From Candidatus Eiseniibacteriota bacterium (lineage in GTDB: Bacteria > Eisenbacteria > RBG-16-71-46 > CAZAMP01): a stretch of DNA of 64,000 nt. Of the stretch, positions 39,555 through 49,854 are shown in pieces. Both the position numbers and the translations under genes were made by a program. Below the pieces are notes generated by a model. It searched no databases. It was not told where the DNA came from and saw only the letters and a program-made list of their open reading frames with translations. Location: assembly GCA_965224245.1 (NCBI GenBank), contig OZ245046.1, forward strand, positions 6,272,001 to 6,336,000. Reading direction: 5' to 3'. Every line of letters begins with the position of its first letter. Within the stretch, counting starts at the first letter, position 1.

Positions 39555-40100
39555 ATGGCTTGGTTCACGTCTCCGAAAGAGCGCCGGCTCTGGCTGTGGA
39601 CGGTGGCGGTGCTCGCCGCCATCAACATGGCGGCGGTTCTGGCCGGATCCCTCGTCGATGCGATCGGGTCCGAGACGCTCCTCGGGATCGCCTTCGGCGC
39701 CGGGTTCGGCCTCGCCGTTGCCGCCGTGATCGGCATGGCGCTGGCCCGCCGGTCGCGAGCCGAAGTCTGGGTCGCGCTCGGAGTGGCGTCCGCGTTCCTC
39801 ATGATCCCCGTTCGCTCGGGAGCCTCGTCCCTGGAGCGAACTCACCTCTTCGAGTACGGCCTGCTGGCCGGCCTCATGTACGAGGCGCTGGCCGAGCGGG
39901 GAGCGAGCGGTGGCCGCATCCGATTTCCAGGGCTCGTGGCCATCGTCACCACGCTGCTCTTCGGTTGGCTGGACGAGGCGATTCAGGCATTGGTGCCGGG
40001 TCGCGTCTACGACGTACGCGATGTCTTGACGAATGGCCTCGCGGCGCTCGTCGCCGTGACTTCCCTCGCCACGCTCCGGCGGCTCCGCAGCAAGCGCTAG
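39555..40100 (+). CDS. VanZ-family membrane protein
   Basis: Hydrophobic helices; ERTHLFEYGLL, DEAIQALVPGR and YDVRDVLTN VanZ-like motifs. Confidence 0.82.
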   Translation: MAWFTSPKERRLWLWTVAVLAAINMAAVLAGSLVDAIGSETLLGIAFGAGFGLAVAAVIGMALARRSRAEVWVALGVASAFLMIPVRSGASSLERTHLFEYGLLAGLMYEALAERGASGGRIRFPGLVAIVTTLLFGWLDEAIQALVPGRVYDVRDVLTNGLAALVAVTSLATLRRLRSKR

Positions 40101-40233
40101 TGGATCGCTTCCATGTTACTCCTGTTCGAGCCCACCGTGACGGCCCACTGGCCCCGACCCGACCGGCCACGCCGGCTCGAGGAGTGCTATCATCTCCTGA
40201 CGTAGCTGACGCTGGTCGAACGGGAGGTTGGAG

Positions 40234-42510
40234 ATGCGAGGCCTCCGTGGTACCCACCTCATCATCGCGCTCGGGCTCGGGATCGGCCTCGGTCCCGCTT
40301 CGCTGCCTGCACGAGCATGTGTGGACTACGACGAGCCGTACGAGCTCATCGGGGTGGACGAGGTCGGCGACAGCGTCTATGCCATCTCGCTCGACGTGGC
40401 GAACTCCGTGCTCTACGCAACGTACGCCTATCTCTCGGGCGGCTACGATCCCGCCTCACGGACGCTGGCGATCGACGTCACCGATCCCACCGCCCCGATG
40501 CATCTCGACACGTTCGACCAGCCCGGCACGTCTCCGCCCGTAGCGCTCGAGCACGTCACGGCCGGCAGCGGTGTCGTGTGCGGGCTCGTGACCGGCGGTG
40601 CGGAGGACGAGCTTCACGTCGGAGACGCCAGCAACCCCGCCGCCATCTCGTTCGTCACGATGACGATCTCGGACATGAGCGGCACGAGCGCCACGACGGT
40701 CGACGGTGGGCTCCTCTACCTCGCCAGCAGCGGCTCGGATCCGAAGCTCGTCGTCGTCGACGTCTCCGATCCCACGTCACCGACCGAGGTCGGGCGCGTG
40801 ACGACGGGCCTGGATGCAGCCGAGATCGTCGTGAACGGCGACGTGCTGTACGCGGGTGGGGGCATGACCTTCTGGACGATGGAGCTGGGTGCGATGCTCG
40901 GCGCCTCGCCTGACGGTGATGCCGCGCAAGGTGCAATCAGCGGCACGGTCACGCTCTCACACGAGATCGAGAACATCACCCAGGCGGGCGACCGCGCGTA
41001 CGCGGCGGGCGCGGGGCTCCTGACCGTGATCGACGTCGCCGACCCGTCGACGCCCACCGAGCGCGGGTCGCTGAGCGTACCCGGCTACGACATCGCCATC
41101 CAGGGCGACCACGTGGTCGTCGGCACCATCCTTCATCTCATCCTGGTCGACGCCTCCGATCCGGACGTGCCGCGGGCGATCGGTGCCGTCGAAGGTCCGC
41201 GCAACGGCTGGTGGGGCGGTCAGGCTCCCCGGCACCTCGCCCTCGTCGTGGACGAGCCGCGACTGTACGCAGGCATCCACTACAGCAATCCGGAGATCCG
41301 GGACGACGGGGAGGTGCACGTGTACGAGAACCTCTCGCCACCGGACGACGCGATCATCTCGACGCTCCCGACGCCCGCGATCGTGCACGAGATCGACGTG
41401 GCCGGCACCGAGGCCACGGCGCTCGATCGCGATGGTACGCTCCACGTCCTGGACCTCACCGATCCGGAGTCGCCCGTCATCGTGGGTGCCGTCTCCGCCG
41501 TGGCAGGGTACGGCGCGCACGCCCGCGCAGACGAGCTGATCTGCGTCGTCTCTCGTGACGACGGACTCGTCGTCGTCGACGTCTCGACCCCGACGGCACC
41601 CGCGATCGTCGGGATCGATCCCACCGAAGGCACGAACCAGGTCGCGATGCGCGCCGGGATCGCCTACACGACGGTGGAGCACCACGTCCGGATGGTGGAT
41701 CTCGGCGACCCGTCGGCGCCGGCCGAGCTGTCCCGTGTCTACGGGCTCTGGCCGCCGGACAGCCCATTCCCTGCGTTGAGCCTGGCGCTGGCCGGCGACC
41801 TGCTCCTCGTCGGGACGTACGACGAGCTCATCGTCATCGACGTGAGCAGCCCGGCGAATCCCCTTGCGCTCGAGACGGTGAACGTTCCGGCGGCGGTGTG
41901 GCACATCGAGGTCATCGGCGAGGCCGCGATCATCAACGGCGGCACGGTGGATCTCTCGGACCCCGACCATCCCATCTTCGTTCCGAACGCGATCGGCGGG
42001 CCGGACGACGCGACGATCATCGACACCATCTTCTACGCGGCGGAGGGAAACGGCTTCACGGTGTGGGACGTCGTCGATCCCTTCGCACCATCGCAGATCG
42101 GTCGATACACGGCCACGACGGGCGTCGCGATCGCATTGGCCGGTCAGGGCGGCCTCCTTCTCGCGGCCGGTGAGGACGACCTCACCGTCTTCCGCCGGCA
42201 GTGCAGCGGCGTCGGGGTCGACGATCAGACGCCCGTCGCCGCGGCGCCGCTTCGAGGCGAGCTCACCGTGAACCCGTCGCCCGCCAGGTCCAGCGCCCTC
42301 GTTCGCCTCGCGGGTAGCACGTCGCGCGAGATTCTGACCGGGCGCGTGATCGACGTCCGGGGTCGCATCGTGGGCGAGGTCGAGTTGTACCCCGACGAGC
42401 ACGGTCATCTGGGCGTCCTGGACATCGGTGTGCACGCGAGCGGTGTCTACTTCATACGGCTCGAGACGGCGCAGGGCGTGCACGCCGCACGCCTCGCCGT
42501 TCTGAACTGA
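40234..42510 (+). CDS. LVIVD-repeat beta-propeller protein with short CTD
   Basis: GGAGG RBS; signal peptide; LVVVDVSDP repeats; ends VIDVRGRIV...SGVYFIRL...RLAVLN. Confidence 0.86.
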   Translation: MRGLRGTHLIIALGLGIGLGPASLPARACVDYDEPYELIGVDEVGDSVYAISLDVANSVLYATYAYLSGGYDPASRTLAIDVTDPTAPMHLDTFDQPGTSPPVALEHVTAGSGVVCGLVTGGAEDELHVGDASNPAAISFVTMTISDMSGTSATTVDGGLLYLASSGSDPKLVVVDVSDPTSPTEVGRVTTGLDAAEIVVNGDVLYAGGGMTFWTMELGAMLGASPDGDAAQGAISGTVTLSHEIENITQAGDRAYAAGAGLLTVIDVADPSTPTERGSLSVPGYDIAIQGDHVVVGTILHLILVDASDPDVPRAIGAVEGPRNGWWGGQAPRHLALVVDEPRLYAGIHYSNPEIRDDGEVHVYENLSPPDDAIISTLPTPAIVHEIDVAGTEATALDRDGTLHVLDLTDPESPVIVGAVSAVAGYGAHARADELICVVSRDDGLVVVDVSTPTAPAIVGIDPTEGTNQVAMRAGIAYTTVEHHVRMVDLGDPSAPAELSRVYGLWPPDSPFPALSLALAGDLLLVGTYDELIVIDVSSPANPLALETVNVPAAVWHIEVIGEAAIINGGTVDLSDPDHPIFVPNAIGGPDDATIIDTIFYAAEGNGFTVWDVVDPFAPSQIGRYTATTGVAIALAGQGGLLLAAGEDDLTVFRRQCSGVGVDDQTPVAAAPLRGELTVNPSPARSSALVRLAGSTSREILTGRVIDVRGRIVGEVELYPDEHGHLGVLDIGVHASGVYFIRLETAQGVHAARLAVLN

Positions 42511-42525
42511 TCGAGGAGGCCGCGA

Positions 42526-43983
42526 ATGTTCGTTCTCTCCTCCATGAGCCACCGGCTGATGATGTGCTCGATCGCCGCGCTCATCCCGATAGGCGGCGCC
42601 GGAGCCGCGACCTACCTCGTGAAGCCGGACGGGACGGGGGATTTTCCCACGATCCAGCAGGCGGTCGATGCGACCGTCGAGGGTGACGTCGTAGAGCTCG
42701 ACGACGGGACGTTCACCGGTGCCGGCAACGTGTCCATCCGGATCTACGACCATCCGATCACGCTGCGGTCGCGAAGCGGAGATCGCGACGCCTGTGTGAT
42801 CGACGGGAGAGACGAGAGCGACGTCTGGGGTGTGAGCTTCTTCGGGGCCTCGGACGGCGCCGCGATCGAGTCCATCACGGTGACGCGCGCGGCGGACGAC
42901 GGCATCAAGTCGACGAGCGACGTGACCATCCGGGACTGTGTCGTCATGGACACATCCGACCACGGAATCTCGATCACCTACGCAGGCGGACAGGTCCTGG
43001 GGTGCCTCGTGACGCGCTGCTACTCCGCGTTCGGTGGCGGTGGCGGCATCTACGTCCGGGAGGGCTCCCCGCTCATCGCGGACTGCTCGATCATCGACAA
43101 CTCGAGCAATGCGGCGTCCGGCGGCATCAGGATCCAGGACGCGAATCCCACGGTTCGAGACACGGAGATCATCGGCAATGTCGGAGGTGTCGGCGGCGGT
43201 GTGCTCGCCGAGGGGGGCACCTTGCTTCGCTGTACGATCAGGGAGAACGAGGGGATCATTCGCGGTGGAGGCGCGTCGCTCCACGCGGGGTCGGTGATGT
43301 CCGACTGCCTCGTGGAGGAGAACATCGCGCGGGACGGCGCCGGGGTCGTCCTCGAGGAAGGCGCACGGCTCGAGAGCTCCATCATCCACGGAAACGTCGC
43401 CCAGGAGACCGGCGGCGGCGTGTGGATCTTCATCTGGCCCGGTCCGGGGCTCGCCGGTGTGATCGACGGCTGTACGGTGACCAACAACGACGCGATTCAC
43501 GGCGGCGGGGTCTACGTGAGGAACGACCCCGGCTCCGCGGCGGACGTCGTGATCCTTTCCTCGACGATCGCGTCGAACGGCGCAAAGACAGGCGGAGGCA
43601 TCTTCGTCGAGAGTGGCGGTGCCGTCATCGGGCGGGCCATCGTCTGGGGGAACTGTGCGGCCGCGCAGAGCGACGACCTGTTTCTGGCGGAGGCGGTGAC
43701 GCATGTCACGTGCTCGGCCATTCCGCCCGTGGACTACTACGGTCCCGGCGATGCGACCTTCGACGCGGCCTGGACCGGCGGCGACCCTCAGTTCTGCGAC
43801 CCGACGCCGTGCGGCACCACGCCGCCGAGCTGGGGAGACTTCGGCCTCCACACCTCCTCGCCCTGCGCCGCGGAGAACAGCCCGTGCGAGGCGCGGATCG
43901 GCGCCGAGGATGTCGCGTGTGAGGCCACGCCCGCCCGGGCGGTGAGCTGGGGGCGCCTCAAGGACCGCTTCTCCGCCCGGTGA
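42526..43983 (+). CDS. Secreted right-handed parallel beta-helix protein with SWG-type tail
   Basis: GAGGAGG RBS; VKPDGTGDFPTIQQAVD; GGG[IV]...IxxN repeats; DPQFC...SSPC; ends AVSWGRLKDRFSAR. Confidence 0.87.
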   Translation: MFVLSSMSHRLMMCSIAALIPIGGAGAATYLVKPDGTGDFPTIQQAVDATVEGDVVELDDGTFTGAGNVSIRIYDHPITLRSRSGDRDACVIDGRDESDVWGVSFFGASDGAAIESITVTRAADDGIKSTSDVTIRDCVVMDTSDHGISITYAGGQVLGCLVTRCYSAFGGGGGIYVREGSPLIADCSIIDNSSNAASGGIRIQDANPTVRDTEIIGNVGGVGGGVLAEGGTLLRCTIRENEGIIRGGGASLHAGSVMSDCLVEENIARDGAGVVLEEGARLESSIIHGNVAQETGGGVWIFIWPGPGLAGVIDGCTVTNNDAIHGGGVYVRNDPGSAADVVILSSTIASNGAKTGGGIFVESGGAVIGRAIVWGNCAAAQSDDLFLAEAVTHVTCSAIPPVDYYGPGDATFDAAWTGGDPQFCDPTPCGTTPPSWGDFGLHTSSPCAAENSPCEARIGAEDVACEATPARAVSWGRLKDRFSAR

Positions 43984-44130
43984 CGATGTCCAGGTCGAGA
44001 ACGTGGGTCGACGAGCGCGGGCCCCGAGCCTGCAACACAGCTTTCGGCTTCGCCGCTCCACGAACCTCTCGGGGGCTGATCGGTCGTCAGCACCGCTCGC
44101 GCGGCCAGCGGGGGATGGTCAACGATACGT

Positions 44131-45546
44131 CTACCGATCCAGGACGAGGTGCATCGTGTCGGCCTCGCCCGGCGGGCGCGCGAAGTAGACGCCGGTGGGG
44201 AGCGGTCGTCCCGCGGTGTCCGCGCCGTCCCACACCGCGCTGAAACCCACGCCGGGATCCTGGTCGGGCACGGTGATCACGTGACGTCCTGTCGCATCGA
44301 AGATCTCCAGGGACGTGGCCGCGGTTGCGTCGGTCCGGATGCGGACGTGCCGTGAGGCGGGCACCGGCCAGGTCCGCCAGCGGGTGACCGGCGGCGCCGG
44401 CATCGCCTCGACCGCCACGGGCACCTGTCCGGACCCGTACCAGGTGTCCAGGATGCCGTCCTCGCGGACGGCCACGATGTGGAGCTGATCGGTAGTGGGG
44501 GGCAGCGTGGCCGCGACGGCGATGGTCTCGCGATCGAGCACGTCCCGACGCCACTCCTCGTCCCGCAGCCAGAACAGCAGCAGGTCAGCGTTTCCATCCA
44601 GCGGCCCGCCCTGGGGCCGGCGAGCCAGAATCCGGGGTTCGCCGGTCGAGTCGAGCAGGAGCACCGGACCGTCGAAGAACGTCACCTCGACCGGCGTGTA
44701 GATCGTCTCCGAGTCCCAGCCCGCGTCGCCGCGAGCGTGAAAGGTCAGGGTGCGCTCGTCGTCGCCCTCGGAACCGAGCTGCGCTGCACATGTGATCCGG
44801 GGTCGTCCGTCCGATCCTACCGCAATGGACGTCAACCCGTCGGACATCGCGGCCACGTTCTCGCGCATCCAACCCGACGCCTCCCGGTACGCGTACCGTA
44901 GCTGACCGAGGGGGCGATCCACGTATGCAACGTGGAGCCCATCCTCGACGTCGATCGCGATGGAGGCACCGGAGTGCTCGCCCAGGTTGTCGACCGGCTC
45001 CACGACCCACTCCCCAGCCGCATGATGCGCCACGAACACGTCTTCGGTGTTGAGCCCGACGAAGAGCACGTGAGGCTCTCCATCGGAGTCGAGAACGAAG
45101 TCGAGGCCGATGCATCCATGGGTCGGCCCGAAGTCGACGCTCGACCATTCGGTCCAGGAGAGACCGTCGAACACGAACAGGCGATGCGCGGTGGTGTCGT
45201 GGTCGGGTGCGATCGCGTGGACGACGCCGCTGTCGGTGATCTCGATTCGCACGCATGCGTTCAGGAACGACGGGAGGTCGGTCTCCTGCCAACCGGTGAC
45301 GGTCTTCATGAGAGACGTCCGACCGGCGGTCAGGTGGACGGTTCCGTTTGGGGCAATCTCCACGTCCCGCGAGATATCACCACGGTGATGGCCAAGATGC
45401 TCGAACCACCACGTCGCGCTCGCGGGCGCGGACGTGATCAGCGAGATCATGGCGGCGAGCGCGACCGACGCCCATGAATGATCGAAGCGGGATGAACGGA
45501 GTGAAGAAGAGCCGGGCGCACGGAGGAGAAGCATCAATCCTCCCAT
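44131..45546 (-). CDS. Secreted beta-propeller-like hypothetical protein with CTD
   Basis: Repeats SIAIDxxDGLHVAY...LRYA...GWxxE; CTD WPVPA...IFDATGRHV...WDG...TGVYF. Confidence 0.8.
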   Translation of the reverse strand: MGGLMLLLRAPGSSSLRSSRFDHSWASVALAAMISLITSAPASATWWFEHLGHHRGDISRDVEIAPNGTVHLTAGRTSLMKTVTGWQETDLPSFLNACVRIEITDSGVVHAIAPDHDTTAHRLFVFDGLSWTEWSSVDFGPTHGCIGLDFVLDSDGEPHVLFVGLNTEDVFVAHHAAGEWVVEPVDNLGEHSGASIAIDVEDGLHVAYVDRPLGQLRYAYREASGWMRENVAAMSDGLTSIAVGSDGRPRITCAAQLGSEGDDERTLTFHARGDAGWDSETIYTPVEVTFFDGPVLLLDSTGEPRILARRPQGGPLDGNADLLLFWLRDEEWRRDVLDRETIAVAATLPPTTDQLHIVAVREDGILDTWYGSGQVPVAVEAMPAPPVTRWRTWPVPASRHVRIRTDATAATSLEIFDATGRHVITVPDQDPGVGFSAVWDGADTAGRPLPTGVYFARPPGEADTMHLVLDR

Positions 45547-45603
45547 GGTGGCATGTCGTCAGACCTGGACTGCGATTCTAGCACCGCGTACGATCAGGAA
45601 CCA

Positions 45604-45715
45604 CTGCGCCGCAGAAGGTGTCTGGGGCCAGTGGGTGAGAATCCCGTCCGGCGACGGGTCGTCCGTCCGGAAGCAGTCGAGCGGCGGAAGCGGCGACGGG
45701 CAGCTTCAGCGCCCA
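45604..45715 (+). mobile_element. Probable degenerate 5' end (domain I) of a group II intron, no RT ORF
   Basis: cTGCGCCG...AAGG...CCAGTGGGTGagaaTCCCgtCCGGC...CCGGAAGCA resembles bacterial group II intron 5' ends as I recall them (GUGCG start mutated to CUGCG). Recognised by eye only. Confidence 0.45.
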
Positions 45716-45864
45716 CCGGGCGATGACGGCGGCGAGCAGAGGGAAGTGTCCATAACGATGGCCCGCGATGTATCCCAAAGGCTCTGACGACGAGCGTGGC
45801 TCCCCTTCTGCGAAGCTCCAGGGTAGAATGACGTTCCCGGATTGGAGAATCCAAGGCAGGTAGC

Positions 45865-48024
45865 ATGGCGCGATGGTCAGAGCGGTGCGGTTTCGTTGCG
45901 GGTGTTCCCCGAGGGAACTGCTCGTGGGTCGCGATGCTGCTGATCGTAACGACGGGAGGTGCACCAGCAACTGGCCAGGAGTGCAGCGATGTTGCTCCCT
46001 TCGCGACCACGGATCTCGGTGAACCGATCGCGTCCATCCATCGGATCGATGGCCTCGACTTCGTCGTTGCCACCACGGTCGGGCTCCCGTTCCCACGCGG
46101 CCATACTCTCGATCCGTCCACTCTCGCGCCAGTCGCCGTCGAGCTCCTCGGTGGCGGCAGGCTCGGGACACTGTTGCCCTGGCAGGACGGTACGGCACGA
46201 CTCTATGTCGCCGACGCGTTCATCGAGATGCACGAGGTCGACGCGTTTGGCAGCTGGGAGGGTGCCTCTTGGGAGCTGAATTCTCCCTGCGACGGGGATT
46301 CCATTCTCGCGAGGCCGATCCTCCACCCACCCTCCAGAAGCACGGGTGCGCTTCGTGCGATTGCGCCGAACGGCCTGCTCTACATGGGAACGGGAACCGC
46401 CACGGACTGCGACCCCTGGGGCTGGGTCGTTGCTCATGACCTGGCGACCGGCGCCGCCAAGTGGCTCTATCAACCCACCAGTGGGCTGGGACCGCTGTAC
46501 GTCGTCCGCGGGATGGCGCTGGATCCCGTTCGAGACCTTCTCTTCGTCACGAGCGAAGATGGTGAAGGCGTGTTGAACACGCTCTGGGCCATCGATGTGC
46601 ATCAAGGTCTCGGTACGTGGCAGGCTCATGCGGGGACCACCACGATCGCACCGGCGCGCCGCGGGGACCACGTGTACGTCGGCAACAGTGCGGGCGAGCT
46701 CAGCGCATGGGATTCGGCGAGTGGCTCCAAGCTCTGGTCGATCGATCTCGCGTTTCCCATCGTCACCGAGCTGGTCGTTCCGGTCGTCCCACCATTCCAG
46801 GACGCGATCTTCGTTCGCGACCTGCTACACCGCGTGCATCTGATCCGGGACGAGGGTGACATGGCAACCCAGGTGTGGACATCGGACGTTCCGAACGGGA
46901 CCGACGCGAGTTCATACCTTCTTGCCTTCGACCCGGCGACGAGCATCATCTATGCGCCGGATCCAGAAGGGTCCATTCACCGGATCGACGCACAAACCGG
47001 GACGGTCGGCGCCGCAACGGCCGTGGACAGCGTCGAGAGTCCCGTCACAGCGATGCGATTGAGCTGGCCCCTGGACTTCGCGGATGAGACGGAAATGTAT
47101 GCGTCTTCGGAGGCCGGCGTGCTTTCGCGGCTCTGTGTGGATCAAGGGGATGTGATTCGGTCGGGGCTGGACCCGGTCGAGCGCACCGAGTTGCCGATCG
47201 GGTTTCCCTCGTTCCTGAACACGGATACCGGCGAGGCGTCGATCATCGTGCACACGCTCGATATGCTATCCGGGCCCACGACGCTCAGCCGTTTCGAAGC
47301 CGTCGCTACCGGTAACGGGCCATGCGATCTGGGACGTGGTCCGACGCCATGTCTCGAGCAGATGGCCTACCTCCTCATGGCCTGGGAGCCAGGTGTGCCC
47401 ATCGGCGGCGACATCGCAGACCCTGCAAACCCAGGAAAGATCTTTCACGTGGACGTGACCGACCGGCTCGAGCTGGGACGCGGGTATGGGGCTGCGGCGC
47501 TCGGCGACTTCGTGGTCGAGCCAGCTCTCGTTGGCTTTGATCTCACGGGGCTCGACCTCGTCCTGCCCGGTGCCGGGACTCGGATCGGAGTGATGGCGAG
47601 AGGAAGTGCGTCGGTCGACGGATGGTTCCTGGTTCCGGAGACTGGCCCATCCCTGCCGGATACCATCTACAGCCATCCATCGGCACCCCCGGTCGTCGGG
47701 CAGTTCGCGGTTCGCCTTCGCGGGGAGACACAGGCTCTCTCGACCCCCCACGACTCGACACCGCCCCGCGTCGCGATCGACGTCATGCCCAATCCGACTG
47801 GCGTGTCCGCGACGATTCTGGTCGAGGCGAACGCTGGAGTGCCCACCGTAGTCGACATTTTCGACGTAAGTGGCCGGCGAGTAGCACGGCTCGACCGGTC
47901 TGAGACGAGAGGCCGAGAGCGGCGCTTCGAGTGGATCGACGCCGAGGCGCCAGCCGGCGTGTACTTCGTTCGGGCACGTGCAGGGCCGGATGCACGGGTT
48001 CGAAAGATCGTGCGAGCGAGATGA
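45865..48024 (+). CDS. Secreted PQQ-like beta-propeller protein with CTD
   Basis: VVAHDLATGAAKW, VYVGNSAGELSAWDSASGSKLW; CTD MPNPT...IFDVSGRRV...AGVYF. Confidence 0.8.
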   Translation: MARWSERCGFVAGVPRGNCSWVAMLLIVTTGGAPATGQECSDVAPFATTDLGEPIASIHRIDGLDFVVATTVGLPFPRGHTLDPSTLAPVAVELLGGGRLGTLLPWQDGTARLYVADAFIEMHEVDAFGSWEGASWELNSPCDGDSILARPILHPPSRSTGALRAIAPNGLLYMGTGTATDCDPWGWVVAHDLATGAAKWLYQPTSGLGPLYVVRGMALDPVRDLLFVTSEDGEGVLNTLWAIDVHQGLGTWQAHAGTTTIAPARRGDHVYVGNSAGELSAWDSASGSKLWSIDLAFPIVTELVVPVVPPFQDAIFVRDLLHRVHLIRDEGDMATQVWTSDVPNGTDASSYLLAFDPATSIIYAPDPEGSIHRIDAQTGTVGAATAVDSVESPVTAMRLSWPLDFADETEMYASSEAGVLSRLCVDQGDVIRSGLDPVERTELPIGFPSFLNTDTGEASIIVHTLDMLSGPTTLSRFEAVATGNGPCDLGRGPTPCLEQMAYLLMAWEPGVPIGGDIADPANPGKIFHVDVTDRLELGRGYGAAALGDFVVEPALVGFDLTGLDLVLPGAGTRIGVMARGSASVDGWFLVPETGPSLPDTIYSHPSAPPVVGQFAVRLRGETQALSTPHDSTPPRVAIDVMPNPTGVSATILVEANAGVPTVVDIFDVSGRRVARLDRSETRGRERRFEWIDAEAPAGVYFVRARAGPDARVRKIVRAR

Positions 48025-48389
48025 CATGGGGTTGATCGGTAGTCGTGGGTCTCCATGCACACGAAGCTCGTGGCAACCAAGAGCCCGAAGCGATGTCAGA
48101 TGAGTCAACGAGCCGAAGCGGCGTCATCTGCGCCGCGAGGAAAGCGCGAAGGGCGTAGTGTCCAGAGGATCGAGTTGGCAAGTTGTGGCTTGCGAGACCG
48201 CGTCCTCAATGAATAGCTCGAAGCCGACGATCGAGAGCTCCGGCTTCTCCGAAGGCCGGCGTCGGAGACTGGAGCGGCGCGGCCCGCTAGCCGCCGCACC
48301 TCGAGTTCGCTAAGATGAACGTCGTCGGCAACCCGAGAACGAGATCAGGAGATTCACCCGCCCGGATCGCGTTTCCGATGGGATAGAAC

Positions 48390-49778
48390 ATGATACGCGT
48401 GATCGTCACCGACCCCGATCATCGGCGATGGGTCCACGTATTCCCCGCCTCCACGCGTGTGATCACCGTTGGACGCGGATCGGAAAACGTCATCCAGATC
48501 CATGATCCACGCTCGTCCCGCCGTCAGCTCGTGATTCGTCGCGCAGGGAGCATCTGGAAGGCCGAGGACGCGGGCGGTCGCGGCGGCACGAAGCTGAACG
48601 GTCTCCGCCTCGATCGGCCGACGCGGCTCTCCCGCGATGACGAGGTCTCGTTCGGCGGAAGCCTGCTCGAGCTGGTCGACACGACGGAGCCGACCGGATC
48701 CAGCCTGACCGGGGGAGAGACGTGGTCCGGGCACGCGGTCTCGGAGTCGAGGGAGGAGATCCACCTCACCACGACATCCCCGGCGTTTCGCGATGCCATC
48801 GACCTCGCCCGGCGGGTCGCCGCGACGGACGAGACCGTGCTGGTACGCGGCGAGACGGGAACCGGCAAGGAGGTGTTCGCTCGGCTCATTCACGAGATGT
48901 CGCCCAGGTCCGCCGGCCCCCTCGTGGTGGTGAACTGTCCGGGGCTTTCCGAATCCCTGTTCGAGAGTGAGCTGTTTGGTGTCGAGAAGGGCGTGGCCAC
49001 CGGTGTCGACCCGCGCCCAGGGCGGCTCGCGCAAGCCGACGGCGGTACCGTGCTACTCGACGAGATCGGGGATCTCTCTGCCCCGTCCCAGGCCAAGCTG
49101 CTTCGGTTCCTGCAGGACAAGAAGGTGGATCGCGTCGGTGGCAAGGCCCCGATCGCCGTCGATGTCCGGGTCGTGGCGGCTACGAACGTCGATCTCGAGG
49201 AGTCGATCGCGGAGGGACGGTTCCGCTCCGATCTGTATCATCGCCTCGCCGCGTTCGAGATCGTTCTACCGCCACTCCGCGAGCGCCGGGAAGACATTCC
49301 CGACCTGGTGCGTCACTTCCTCTCCCGCAACGGCATCCCGTCGCGCATGACGGCCGAAGCGGTCGCGGTACTTCAGGAACACGACTTTCCGGGAAACGTC
49401 CGTGAGCTCGAGCTTCTCGTCCGCAAGACGGCGATTCTCTCCCGGGGCGGAGAGGTCGAGCCGGATGATCTCCCCGAGCGGATCCGGAGACCGACAGCCT
49501 CCTCTTCCCCGACACCCACACGACGTGCGGGTGGTGACGTGGCCGACTCGCTCTACGATCGCGTGGTCGTCGAGGGTGCAGACTTCTGGAGCGTGGTGCG
49601 CGGTCCGTTTCTGAGCCGAGAGCTGAGCCGACAGCCGATCCAGGCGCTGGTGGCGCGGGCGCTGTCCGAGGGGGGTGGCTCTTATTCCGGGGCCGCGCGG
49701 CTTCTCGGCGTGAGCGGCGAGTACCGCAAGTTCGTGGACTTCCTCCGTCACAACCGACTTCGTCCGGAGGACGGATGA
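48390..49778 (+). CDS. FHA + sigma54-dependent activator (AAA+) with atypical C-terminal DNA-binding domain
   Basis: GETGTGKE Walker A, ESELFG, GVATGV (in place of GAFTGA), [29 protein letters not shown]. Confidence 0.9.
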   Translation: MIRVIVTDPDHRRWVHVFPASTRVITVGRGSENVIQIHDPRSSRRQLVIRRAGSIWKAEDAGGRGGTKLNGLRLDRPTRLSRDDEVSFGGSLLELVDTTEPTGSSLTGGETWSGHAVSESREEIHLTTTSPAFRDAIDLARRVAATDETVLVRGETGTGKEVFARLIHEMSPRSAGPLVVVNCPGLSESLFESELFGVEKGVATGVDPRPGRLAQADGGTVLLDEIGDLSAPSQAKLLRFLQDKKVDRVGGKAPIAVDVRVVAATNVDLEESIAEGRFRSDLYHRLAAFEIVLPPLRERREDIPDLVRHFLSRNGIPSRMTAEAVAVLQEHDFPGNVRELELLVRKTAILSRGGEVEPDDLPERIRRPTASSSPTPTRRAGGDVADSLYDRVVVEGADFWSVVRGPFLSRELSRQPIQALVARALSEGGGSYSGAARLLGVSGEYRKFVDFLRHNRLRPEDG

Positions 49779-49854
49779 GAGCCGCGACGCGACCGTCGAC
49801 GATCGGCGGCGGCCGGCAGCACCGTCGGCGCGAGAACCCGGATCTGTGCCCATC

